59,281 bases of DNA from a bacterium (GTDB lineage: Bacteria; Patescibacteriota; Microgenomatia; UBA12405). Positions 1 through 8,636 of this stretch are shown here, piece after piece. The notes beneath the pieces were generated by a model. It ran no database searches. It was not told the DNA's origin and saw only the letters and a list, made by a program, of their open reading frames with translations. A program made the translations under genes and the position numbers. The stretch is from NCBI GenBank assembly GCA_021817905.1, contig JAKAFM010000004.1, forward strand, positions 1 to 59,281. The letters are read 5' to 3'. Position 1 is the stretch's first letter. Every line of letters begins with the position of its first letter.

Positions 1-888
1 ACTACCGATTACAATAACGCAAATAAGTCCAATGAGGGCCAGTAACCAATAGAGTATTTGTGAAGTGATTGAGGGCTCGGGGAGCCTACCCATGTGAAGC
101 CATCTTAGGGCATGAAAATTACGACTTATAAATATTGCCCATATTATTGGAAGTATTATTTCATAAACAAAGATAATTATTTGGAGTGGTAGTTGAAAAA
201 AATGAAGTGCGTTAATGATTGCAAAAACCATCATAAGTACTACATTACAGCCCAAGAATAAAAGCACCCGGGAGATTACACCCCAGAAATTTTTGGACAT
301 ATAAAGACGACTGCGATTAAGCGCCATGATTCCGTTTTGTTCTTCGATTAACTGAACATTGATAGCAAATAATGAATAGAGACTAATAACTACTCCGGGG
401 ATGATTAACAAGACGCTACCACCGATGGTAGTAAAGGTGGCAAGTAAAATTACGAATACTAATGACCAAATTTTCCCAAATGACCTCATATAAATTTGGA
501 ATACGGTGATTTTTTCGTCGAGATGGTTGACAGCATAAAGCATAGCAATCTGCGACCAGAGAAAAATAAGCATGACCAGACCAATGATGACAATTCCCGG
601 GATAAATAAAGCAGGGTAGTTAGGAGTAGGACCGATAAAACTAAGACTTAAGGCCATTTCAAAAAGTATAAAAATGACAATTCCTAATACTATAAGTCCG
701 ATAAAAGGAACGATGATAACACCTAAAAGTCTAAAAAAATTGTCGATAAACAAATAGACTGTTTCCGACATCAGTTCCAGAAAATTTGGATATCTTTGTT
801 CGACTATTTCTGGCGAGGTTTCGTCAACCGAATGAGAAAATACGATTGAGGGAGAGACGGGCAAATCATGTGGCTTCTGATCGGGCAC
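1..888 (-). CDS. Multi-pass membrane protein, runs off the left edge
   Basis: Not in the ORF track. Hand translation of both ends of this minus-strand frame (GTG at 888 or ATG near 772) gives hydrophobic text: LLGVIIVPFIGLIVLG near the start and YWLLALIGLICVIVIGS at the window edge. Confidence 0.7.
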   Translation of the reverse strand, partial: MPDQKPHDLPVSPSIVFSHSVDETSPEIVEQRYPNFLELMSETVYLFIDNFFRLLGVIIVPFIGLIVLGIVIFILFEMALSLSFIGPTPNYPALFIPGIVIIGLVMLIFLWSQIAMLYAVNHLDEKITVFQIYMRSFGKIWSLVFVILLATFTTIGGSVLLIIPGVVISLYSLFAINVQLIEEQNGIMALNRSRLYMSKNFWGVISRVLLFLGCNVVLMMVFAIINALHFFQLPLQIIIFVYEIILPIIWAIFISRNFHALRWLHMGRLPEPSITSQILYWLLALIGLICVIVIGS

Positions 889-912
889 ATATAAGTATAC
901 CTGAAAGTCGAA

Positions 913-1527
913 TTAAAATAATCCCATTTGTTCCTGTGACAGATTAATTTCGGGATAAGAGAAATCAACCTCAATGGTACGAAGCGTGTTCCATTTATCC
1001 ACGAAACTGAGTGACCGGTGAGTTCTGCCAAAATCGTAAACTTCCTTGGTGACTAAGACGTCCATTTCGCAATACGATTTTAGCTTTTGAAGGCTTTCTG
1101 GGGTGTGCTCATGCCAATAGACTACGGCGTTAGTGCCAACATCTGATTTGGTGTGACCAATAGTCTGAGCAGCGACAGCACCAAGGCCAATACGAAAACC
1201 GAGCTTTTGTTTTAGATAATCAAGCATGTCAAAATGAGGGATTTTTCGAAAGTCATAGGGACATAGCGGGGCTAATGCAGGAACGTCAAATTTGAGGGAA
1301 TTGTAGCCAATCACCCGATCGACATTGGTAAAATGAGTCCACATTTTTGGAATCTCGGTATCCCAAAAACTCATCATCTCTCCGGTAACCTCCTTTCCTT
1401 GCTTATCAAGTGTCCGCTTATAGAGGGAAACAATGGAAACGCCAAGAGCCGATGGATCAAAACCATCGATTTCTTCAAATAATTTTTTGGTTTCAATATC
1501 AAAAATAATTTCTGTGGTCATAAACAT
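913..1527 (-). CDS. RNase H-like (DEDD) 3'-5' exonuclease domain protein
   Basis: ExoI FDIET, ExoII GYNSLKFD and ExoIII YCEMD motifs. Confidence 0.85.
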   Translation of the reverse strand: MFMTTEIIFDIETKKLFEEIDGFDPSALGVSIVSLYKRTLDKQGKEVTGEMMSFWDTEIPKMWTHFTNVDRVIGYNSLKFDVPALAPLCPYDFRKIPHFDMLDYLKQKLGFRIGLGAVAAQTIGHTKSDVGTNAVVYWHEHTPESLQKLKSYCEMDVLVTKEVYDFGRTHRSLSFVDKWNTLRTIEVDFSYPEINLSQEQMGLF

Positions 1528-1558
1528 TACCGGCTTAAGTGGTAGAATAATAGTATAT

Positions 1559-1699
1559 ATGATACTTAATACTATTTCTCCCCTATTGGCTTTAGTTTTT
1601 GGAGTTTTAATATTGATTAACCCAAAATTATTGTCGATTCTGGTTGGACTTTATTTGGTATTTACCGGGTTGGTGGGATTGGGGATACTACATTTTTAA
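1559..1699 (+). CDS. Small two-TM protein, DUF3096-like
   Basis: MILNTISPLLALVFGVLILINPKLLSILVGLYLVFTGLVGL. The ATG at 1559 avoids overlap with the exonuclease gene and has TAGAAT upstream. Confidence 0.75.
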   Translation: MILNTISPLLALVFGVLILINPKLLSILVGLYLVFTGLVGLGILHF

Positions 1700-2059
1700 A
1701 CGAGGTTCGCTTGGTTTGGGTCCGCGGCGGAAGCCAGCTTGTGATTCTGGAAACTGTGGAATCGGTTGCTCGGTAGGCTGGTTTTTGATTAGGCCAGTGG
1801 GTATTGTTTGGCCTTGGTAACTTTTGGAAGTTACGGTTTCGGGAGTGGCGTAACTATCTACGACCTCTTCGGTAAACCGTTGAGTTGTCACGGCATTAAC
1901 AGCATCAAGGGTTCGCCGAAGTAACAGTGTAGTAGGATCGGCGGTTATTGCCTCGACACGGTTTTTTTTCATAATTTGTTGAAGTCTGAGTTGTGCTGCC
2001 TTGGCGGATTCCCGCTCTTGCCTTTCTTTGTCTCTTCGTCGCTTCTGTTCCGCTGTCAT
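1688..2059 (-). CDS. Hypothetical charged protein
   Basis: 123-aa ORF filling the gap, with TATACT 9 nt before the ATG. No recognisable motif. Confidence 0.55.
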   Translation of the reverse strand: MTAEQKRRRDKERQERESAKAAQLRLQQIMKKNRVEAITADPTTLLLRRTLDAVNAVTTQRFTEEVVDSYATPETVTSKSYQGQTIPTGLIKNQPTEQPIPQFPESQAGFRRGPKPSEPRLKM

Positions 2060-2128
2060 TTGAAGTGAGTATAATTTTTCCTTTTAGCTAAATAAATATA
2101 TTGAAATAAAGATAAATATAAGTCAAAA

Positions 2129-2947
2129 TTAGAGTTGCACCATATTATTGTCGATTGTTATCAATCCTTCTTTCTCAAGCTTGGACAAGGCAGCAGTGAT
2201 ATTTTTTTTGGGCCATTTTGGTATATTTTTTATAAGCTCAGAAATAGGGATAATTTTCTTAGCCGTTAGTATTTTTATAATTTGACTGCGGAGTTGTCGA
2301 TTAGATCCTGCAAAAGTGCCTTGTTTAGCGTAATGTTTACTGCGGCGAGCACTGTTACCAATTGTCTTTTTAAGCATCACTCCGTAATCAGTAAGAGCAT
2401 AATACCATTGTCGGATATTGGTCTGATCAAGCGTCTGGATAATGAGGGGCTCGAGCTGTTTATCTGAAACGTTGGTACTATCGGTAAAAAAATAATGAAT
2501 GAAAACAGTCCGAATATTGGTTTCAATAAAAACTACTGGCTGATTGAAAGCATAAGCCAGTATGGCGCCAGCGGTAGCCTGGCCAATACCCGGAAGACTC
2601 ATTAGCTTTTGAAAGTCAGCAGGTAAGCTGTCCTCATAGGTATCAACGACAATTTTAGCGAGGCGAAGCAAATTAAGTGCCCGACGATTATAGCCTAGAC
2701 CCTGCCAAAGTGACAAAATTTGGCTATTTGATGCGCGGGAAAGAACGCTAAAGGTAGGAAAAACGTTGAGAAAATGATTAAATTTTTCAACCACACGAAT
2801 AGTTTGGGTCTGTTGGAGCATTACTTCGGATACAGTTATGGCATATGGGTCGGGGTGATAGCGCCAAGGAAATGAGCGACCATTGTCTTTAAAATAGTCG
2901 TAGATAGTTTGTTGAAAACGGTAGACTTCCGAGGGTGAAAGTTTCAC
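2129..2947 (-). CDS. mutY: A/G-specific adenine glycosylase of the HhH-GPD family, lacking the Fe-S cysteines
   Basis: RSFPWR, VSEVMLQQTQ, WQGLGYNRRA and HhH LPGIGQATAG motifs. No Cys cluster motif. Confidence 0.85.
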   Translation of the reverse strand: MKLSPSEVYRFQQTIYDYFKDNGRSFPWRYHPDPYAITVSEVMLQQTQTIRVVEKFNHFLNVFPTFSVLSRASNSQILSLWQGLGYNRRALNLLRLAKIVVDTYEDSLPADFQKLMSLPGIGQATAGAILAYAFNQPVVFIETNIRTVFIHYFFTDSTNVSDKQLEPLIIQTLDQTNIRQWYYALTDYGVMLKKTIGNSARRSKHYAKQGTFAGSNRQLRSQIIKILTAKKIIPISELIKNIPKWPKKNITAALSKLEKEGLITIDNNMVQL

Positions 2948-2948
2948 T

Positions 2949-3479
2949 TTACCAAGATTTTAGCTGTTGGGAAACTACAAAGGCAAAGGCCTGGTTCAAA
3001 TCATTTCCGGTTGATGATCCAGCAATGGTAAGTAATTGGTTGTTTTTGATGATAAGTTCTTGCATAACAAAAATTTTGGTTTTTTTGCTGTAGTAATAGC
3101 CGTCAAGACTCCGAGTAAAGAAATTATCTTGGGTTGAGGTTGTGTCGCTGGTAAAAACTAAACTTGGCAAGACCGATCGAGCCCCTTTAATGAGGTTATC
3201 AGTGTAATTTTTTGGATCGGGAATGGTTATCTCATTTTTTAACACAATAATTGTTGGTTGAAATCCGGTAGTACCAATTTTAACCATTTTATATATTTGT
3301 GGAGTGACTGGAGTAACTGATTCCCAACCTTTCACATTCGTTGTTTCGGAAACAGTGGTGGGGGTAACAGGTTGAACGAGACGTTGCAAATTAGTGCGAT
3401 TACTTTTATACCACACAAAACCAGCAACCAATAAAATGGCCAAGATAATGATTAGACTGAATATTTTTGAAGGTTTCAT
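2949..3479 (-). CDS. Membrane-anchored extracytoplasmic hypothetical protein
   Basis: N-terminal TM helix and Pro/Thr linker; tightly packed between the sortase gene and mutY. Confidence 0.65.
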   Translation of the reverse strand: MKPSKIFSLIIILAILLVAGFVWYKSNRTNLQRLVQPVTPTTVSETTNVKGWESVTPVTPQIYKMVKIGTTGFQPTIIVLKNEITIPDPKNYTDNLIKGARSVLPSLVFTSDTTSTQDNFFTRSLDGYYYSKKTKIFVMQELIIKNNQLLTIAGSSTGNDLNQAFAFVVSQQLKSW

Positions 3480-3481
3480 GG

Positions 3482-4549
3482 TTATTTGAGCGCTGCTGCT
3501 TTTATAACTACTCGAAGATTTATGTCGTGTGGATCACAGCTGACCAATAGCATGGTATTGGTGGTTATTTTAGTAAATAATTGCTGATACTGAGCACTGA
3601 CCCGACTTACTTCGACGACCTGATAAGTAGTGGAATGACCATAGGCTGAACGAATAAATTTGTCGCCAATATGAAGTTGATTTAGATGACCGAAAACTGT
3701 TGGGGAATTATGGCCGTATATAAAATAACCATTATTAACTTGGGCTTCGAGGGCTTCCTGATCGCCAATGAGCCAATTATCACCGACAGTGGAGGCTTGA
3801 TATAGAGGAGCCGTAAAATTGATTTGGGGGATGGAAAGAAATATACCTTGGAGCCGATCATTGTCCGATGGTAATTTTGGCCCTTCGGCCACGGGGGCAG
3901 CAGTAAACGGAAGTTGGGTTGAATCGCCAAGAATTTCACCATAACTTCCTTTTATACCGTCAATAATCGGATTATAGTTGGTAGTAGTACCAAGAACTTG
4001 GGCAACACCACCGACTGCTGGCGCCGGAGTGGGCGCTGCTGGCGCGGCATTATTACTAGAGTTATTACTGGAATTATTGTTGTTATCGTTACTATTATTG
4101 TTGTTATTATTATTGTCGGAACTACCAGGAGTGGGAGTGGAGGTAGGATTAGGAGATGGCGACTGAGTGGGGATTTCGGTGGGGGATGGAATTACTGTTA
4201 CGGTTGGAATAGGAGTCTGGGTTGGAGATGGGGGTACTTCAGTTGGTGAGACGCAAGGGGTAAGTGTTGGTGATGGAGTTTTGGTGGGTTTGATGGTACA
4301 AATCGGAGTAGGAGTGTTTTTGCAGGAAGTGGGAGTGGGTCGTGGAGTCGAGGTGTTTACTGGCGTTGGAGTATTTTGGCAAAAAGTGGGGGTCGGATGG
4401 TGTTCTTCGTTGGTGGGGGTAGGTGAGGTTTGGCAGCTAGTTGGGGTCGGATGGTGGAGGTTGTCGTCGGCGTTCAGTGGTGTAGTAAGTAAAAAGAAGG
4501 GGATAAAAAATAGAAGCGTAAATACTAAGAATTTATACTTTGGAACCAT
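3482..4549 (-). CDS. Secreted Pro/Thr-rich protein with a C-terminal sortase domain
   Basis: Signal peptide, PTPT repeats, poly-Asn tract, then sortase His (YGHN), Cys (LLVSCD) and Arg (NLRVVIKA). Confidence 0.8.
   Translation of the reverse strand: MVPKYKFLVFTLLFFIPFFLLTTPLNADDNLHHPTPTSCQTSPTPTNEEHHPTPTFCQNTPTPVNTSTPRPTPTSCKNTPTPICTIKPTKTPSPTLTPCVSPTEVPPSPTQTPIPTVTVIPSPTEIPTQSPSPNPTSTPTPGSSDNNNNNNNSNDNNNNSSNNSSNNAAPAAPTPAPAVGGVAQVLGTTTNYNPIIDGIKGSYGEILGDSTQLPFTAAPVAEGPKLPSDNDRLQGIFLSIPQINFTAPLYQASTVGDNWLIGDQEALEAQVNNGYFIYGHNSPTVFGHLNQLHIGDKFIRSAYGHSTTYQVVEVSRVSAQYQQLFTKITTNTMLLVSCDPHDINLRVVIKAAALK
4052..4115 (-). repeat. Low-complexity AAT/AAC codon tract encoding poly-Asn/Ser
   Basis: Runs of tta/ttg triplets on the plus strand translate to DNNNNNNNSNDNNNNSSNNSSNN on the minus strand. 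Confidence 0.75.
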
Positions 4550-4590
4550 TCTTTATTAAAAGGGTATATATTCGATTGTAGCATGTGGCA

Positions 4591-4611
4591 CTCATATAAG
4601 TAATATATGAG
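4591..4611. promoter_or_regulatory. Inverted repeat CTCATATA-N5-TATATGAG between mscL and the sortase gene (operator or weak terminator)
   Basis: Perfect 8-bp arms read directly from the sequence. Confidence 0.4.
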
Positions 4612-4614
4612 GTA

Positions 4615-4929
4615 CTATTTATTTTCTTGTTTTTTCTTGTCGATTCGATCAACTCCAATGATTTTGACTAGGATATAGATGATTAAAGCAATAACAATAA
4701 AGTCAATAAGATTACTTATGAAGTCACCCCACATAAACTTTGAAGAACCTACCAAAAGATAAGCTTCTTTCAGATTGCGGGTTGACCCTAAAATAAGGCC
4801 AATAAACGGAGTGACTAAGTCAGTAACCAAGGCAGTAACAACTTTAGTAACCGAGCCGCCGATAATAAAACCAATCGTAAGACCAATGACTCCCTGTTCG
4901 CGGACAAAATCAATGAATCCTTTAAGCAT
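4615..4929 (-). CDS. mscL: Large-conductance mechanosensitive channel
   Basis: MLKGFIDFVREQGVIGLTIGFIIGG...LVTDLVTPFIG...WGDFISNLIDFIVIA. Start moved to the ATG at 4929. Confidence 0.9.
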   Translation of the reverse strand: MLKGFIDFVREQGVIGLTIGFIIGGSVTKVVTALVTDLVTPFIGLILGSTRNLKEAYLLVGSSKFMWGDFISNLIDFIVIALIIYILVKIIGVDRIDKKKQENK

Positions 4930-4993
4930 ACCTAATATATTGTACAATACGTATGTGTTGTCTGAAATAAACAAGATTGAGAATACCCGAAGA

Positions 4994-6070
4994 ATGCCCA
5001 AAATTGCTTTATTGGTGTTAACAGCACTACTTCTTATTGGGTATTGGTTTGTCAGAGGGGGAAGTTTTCGGTTGTATGCCAGTATGTTTTTTGGCCTTTA
5101 TTTTATAACCAATACCGTATGGCTATCGATTATTTTAGTGAGTCTGATTCAAAATGTTGCTTTTTTACCTTTGCGTATTATTGGAGAAAAATTGTTGCCA
5201 AATTTTAAAGAATTTGAAACAGAACTTGAACAAACAAAAAATGATGATCAATCGCTTTTGGTAACCAAGAAGATACGGGAGGGTGATACTTCACTATTGG
5301 TTTATATACTTAATTTTGTATTGGTAGCAATTGCTTTTATTTCAGCTGGGCGGGTATTTTTACTAGATTTTTATTATGAGAAAATAAGCACGGTCTATCT
5401 TTATCCGTTTATCCCCTACCCTCAATATCCATTACAAGGCACTATTTTTCATTTTCCGTTTTTAAAAATTACAAAAACAATGGCCCTACCTTGGCAAACC
5501 ATTATTATGATATGGGTGGGGCTGGTAGTTGTTTTGGTTTTAGTGAGGTTTGCTTGGCGATTAGTCCGATGGATTCTTAATAGAAATCAACAAATATTAC
5601 GAATGAGGATTGCCTATAATAAAGTTTTGATGATGGGCGGTGGAATTTCGCTAACATTGTTTATTGTATCGACCTTATTTTTGCGCAATATTCCGATCGG
5701 ATTTCAATTTATGTGGTTATCGGCAGATTTAACCAGGCAAAATACAACTTTTAACGTTGTAACCGCGGTGGCAACTTTTTTTGCTACTGTTTATATTGGT
5801 TATTCCCATAATCGAGAGGGAGCCAAACGGGCGTTAGAACGGGGGTTGGGTCAGGAAGCTGTTAATAACGTTTTGCGAGCCAGTATGAAGGTAACGTTAA
5901 GAAATGCCTTATTTCTTGCTATATTTGCTTATTGGCTGACCCATCATATGCCCAGTTCACATGACTTATCAGTGCTAGCGTTTGAATCAATTTATATTCT
6001 AGCACCCTACACAATTGATGCTTTTATTATGAAGAAGATGGTACCCAAAAAAGCGCCTGTTGCTATCTAA
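4994..6070 (+). CDS. Multi-pass membrane protein, possibly a divergent YidC/Oxa1-like protein
   Basis: Start moved to the ATG at 4994. WLSIILVSLIQNVAFLPLR followed by a charged helical hairpin resembles the first conserved YidC TM plus coiled coil. The family call is tentative. Confidence 0.55.
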   Translation: MPKIALLVLTALLLIGYWFVRGGSFRLYASMFFGLYFITNTVWLSIILVSLIQNVAFLPLRIIGEKLLPNFKEFETELEQTKNDDQSLLVTKKIREGDTSLLVYILNFVLVAIAFISAGRVFLLDFYYEKISTVYLYPFIPYPQYPLQGTIFHFPFLKITKTMALPWQTIIMIWVGLVVVLVLVRFAWRLVRWILNRNQQILRMRIAYNKVLMMGGGISLTLFIVSTLFLRNIPIGFQFMWLSADLTRQNTTFNVVTAVATFFATVYIGYSHNREGAKRALERGLGQEAVNNVLRASMKVTLRNALFLAIFAYWLTHHMPSSHDLSVLAFESIYILAPYTIDAFIMKKMVPKKAPVAI

Positions 6071-6124
6071 GTGCAAATTGGTAATAGTTTTGTTATTATC
6101 TTCCCTGTTATTGATTACCTTATC

Positions 6125-6841
6125 ATGAACAGAAAAGAAGCAATACGGACTATTGCAGGCTTGGCAATGGGTGGTATGTTGGTTAGGCCACGCCAAGTGA
6201 TGGCGGAAATTAGCGAACAGGTTGAGTTGCAGTTTTTTCTTAATTCGATCCGCCCTGAATATAATAATTGGCGAAATGTAGTAACAAAAAATGATATATT
6301 TGGCGGATTTAAAATTATTCCCCGAGATTTGCAGCTTGCTAGTTTTGACATGTATTACCCGATGTATAAGGCGGGTGAAGAAAAATATAAGATTGATTGG
6401 AAGTGGGCATTTATTTTTCATGCTTTTGAAACTGGATTTTCGACCGCTCCTAACCCTAGAGCGTCTGGGTTTTTCGGACCATTACAAACATCTTTCAATC
6501 AGCAAGAAATTGATAATGCCATAAATGGCTGGACTATGTTGAGAAAATTACCACAAAGATATACTTTGGAAAATGTGGGGTTTTATGATTGCGATGGAAT
6601 TATGGATGGAATGGGTAGAATGCGAAGTTATGTTGACGAAATGAGGGTTCGCGAACCGAACTCGCCTCAGTTTGAAATTGAAAAACTGGCACTCCGGTGG
6701 TATTGTGGGGATGATTATACAAAAACTTCATTTGCGGAACAAAGACTGGAACTGGTGCACAGAATGAACAGGATATTGCAAGCCGATACTATGGGCAAAA
6801 CATTGGTCGATGGCATTAACCAACCAAGTCAAATGCCTTGA
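6125..6841 (+). CDS. Secreted lysozyme-like / lytic transglycosylase (SLT)-fold protein
   Basis: Tat-like leader MNRKEAIRTIAGLAMGG...VMA; YKAGEEKYKIDWKWAFIFHAFETGF (putative catalytic Glu) and GFFGPLQ match SLT motifs I and II. Confidence 0.6.
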   Translation: MNRKEAIRTIAGLAMGGMLVRPRQVMAEISEQVELQFFLNSIRPEYNNWRNVVTKNDIFGGFKIIPRDLQLASFDMYYPMYKAGEEKYKIDWKWAFIFHAFETGFSTAPNPRASGFFGPLQTSFNQQEIDNAINGWTMLRKLPQRYTLENVGFYDCDGIMDGMGRMRSYVDEMRVREPNSPQFEIEKLALRWYCGDDYTKTSFAEQRLELVHRMNRILQADTMGKTLVDGINQPSQMP

Positions 6842-8621
6842 GTTCTTCTTTAATATCTGAGGCAGGCATCGCCAATGCTCGTTGTTGCAGAGCTATAAGC
6901 TGGGCATATAAACCGTTCTTTTCATGTATCAACTGCGACGGAGGGCCAAATTGAGTAATATGACCTTTTTCGATGGCCAGAATTAAGTCGGCGGTAGCGA
7001 TAGTAGAAAGTCGATGAGCGATAACAATTGAAGTTTTATGATTCATTAATTTATCAAGCCCTTTCTGAACAAGAAGTTCGGCGTGACTGTCAAGGGCTGA
7101 GGTAGCTTCATCAAGAACAACAATTGGGGCGTTTTTAAGAATGGCTCTAGCAATGGCAATACGTTGTTTTTGGCCCCCAGAAAGTTTGACTCCCCGCTCA
7201 CCAACATGACTTTGATAACCATCGGGTAATTTGATAATGAAATTATGAGCGTTGGCGGCTTTGGCGGCGGCAATAATTTCTTTTTTGGTAGCCGATGGAT
7301 GGCCATATCGAATATTTTCTTCAATAGTTCCCGAAAAGAGTAATGATTCCTGAAAAACAACGGCAATATTTTCACGAAGGCTTGCCTGGGTAACCTGGTT
7401 AATTGAATGACCAAAGAGTTTGATAGTACCTGATTGAGGTTGATAATAACGCAATAACAGATTAACAACAGTTGATTTTCCTTGGCCACTTTCGGCAACG
7501 AGTGCTAATTTCTGACCCTGATGAAGATTAAAAGAAATATTTTTAAGAACCTTTTTACCTTTGTCGTAACCAAAATTTACCTTATTAAATGATATGGCGG
7601 GAACATTATTGTTTGTGGTAGTCAACAGATGGGCATCGGGACTATCGGTAATTTCGGAGTCGACTGATAGAACCTGAAAAAAATCTGCCGAGCCGGCCGA
7701 AGCTTGCTGAATTTGACCAATAATAAAGGACATAGCAAAAAGCGGAAATCGAGCTTGGGTAACTAATTGGATCAGTAACGTCATTTCTCCGATGGTGTAG
7801 TGGCCAAGAAAGGTGTTGTAGATAACATAGGCGTAAATAGCAAATAGAATAATATTTAGGAGAGAACGACGAACAAAATCAAAAAAGTGCCAACCTCTGG
7901 TTTGATCGACCGTTAACGACTCAATTTGACGACGGGCGGTAAAAAAATGCTTAAGTTCAGAAATTTCGGCAGCAAATGATTTTACAACCCTGATACCGGT
8001 TAAACTTTCAAAAACTCTTCCCTGCGAGGCATCGTTAAGACTATTTTTTTGACCTTCAAATTTTTCCCATTCAGTTGATGATTTTTGGGATATAAGAATA
8101 TAAAGCGGGAAAAGAATAAAGAGTAGAAAACTAATGACAAGTGAATAGTGAGCTAACAAAATTATGGTCACAATGGCCGTTAAGAAAAATGGCAGAAAAT
8201 TATTGAAAGCATTTTGGATAAAATCGGAAATGCTGGTAATGCCTCGATACATTTTGTTAATAATTTTTCCGGTTATTTCGTTGTCAAAGTAACCAATATG
8301 GAGATTAAGTAAATGTTGATAAAAAGTCTGTGACAGGTAGGACTGAAGTCGAATAGCAAGGATATCGCCAATCCATTGGCCAATAGCGGTTAGTAAAGTA
8401 GAAAAAAGATCAACGCCGATAATAATACCCAGGAGGATATAAAAACGGGAAAAAGCAATCTGCTGACCACCTACCTTGGCGACGATTAGATCAACTACTT
8501 GCTTACTTAGTAGAGGACCAACCAAGGTGAGCAGAGAAATGGTAATCACAAAAAATGCCATGAAAAGATACCATTTCCAAAACTTACCGGTAAATTTGAG
8601 AATACGAAAAATGGGTGACAT
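6816..8621 (-). CDS. ABC exporter, fused permease/ATPase (MsbA/Atm1-like)
   Basis: N-terminal TM domain; Walker A variant AESGQGKST, LSGGQ, VVLDEATSALD, IAHRLST. Confidence 0.92.
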   Translation of the reverse strand: MSPIFRILKFTGKFWKWYLFMAFFVITISLLTLVGPLLSKQVVDLIVAKVGGQQIAFSRFYILLGIIIGVDLFSTLLTAIGQWIGDILAIRLQSYLSQTFYQHLLNLHIGYFDNEITGKIINKMYRGITSISDFIQNAFNNFLPFFLTAIVTIILLAHYSLVISFLLFILFPLYILISQKSSTEWEKFEGQKNSLNDASQGRVFESLTGIRVVKSFAAEISELKHFFTARRQIESLTVDQTRGWHFFDFVRRSLLNIILFAIYAYVIYNTFLGHYTIGEMTLLIQLVTQARFPLFAMSFIIGQIQQASAGSADFFQVLSVDSEITDSPDAHLLTTTNNNVPAISFNKVNFGYDKGKKVLKNISFNLHQGQKLALVAESGQGKSTVVNLLLRYYQPQSGTIKLFGHSINQVTQASLRENIAVVFQESLLFSGTIEENIRYGHPSATKKEIIAAAKAANAHNFIIKLPDGYQSHVGERGVKLSGGQKQRIAIARAILKNAPIVVLDEATSALDSHAELLVQKGLDKLMNHKTSIVIAHRLSTIATADLILAIEKGHITQFGPPSQLIHEKNGLYAQLIALQQRALAMPASDIKEELKAFDLVG

Positions 8622-8636
8622 CTGGTGAGAATTATA

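Noticed and set aside
4020-4460. CRISPR array or non-coding tandem repeat
   Set aside because: The periodicity comes from Pro/Thr and Asn codons inside the sortase-fusion gene; there is no repeat-spacer structure.
3978-4559. Plus-strand ORFs 3978-4166, 3998-4249 and 4167-4559
   Set aside because: These are antisense shadows of the low-complexity Pro/Thr gene (Val/Gly-rich mirror translation).
4775-4993. N-terminal extension of the 431-aa ORF
   Set aside because: It overlaps mscL on the opposite strand; the ATG at 4994 gives a plausible signal-anchor start.
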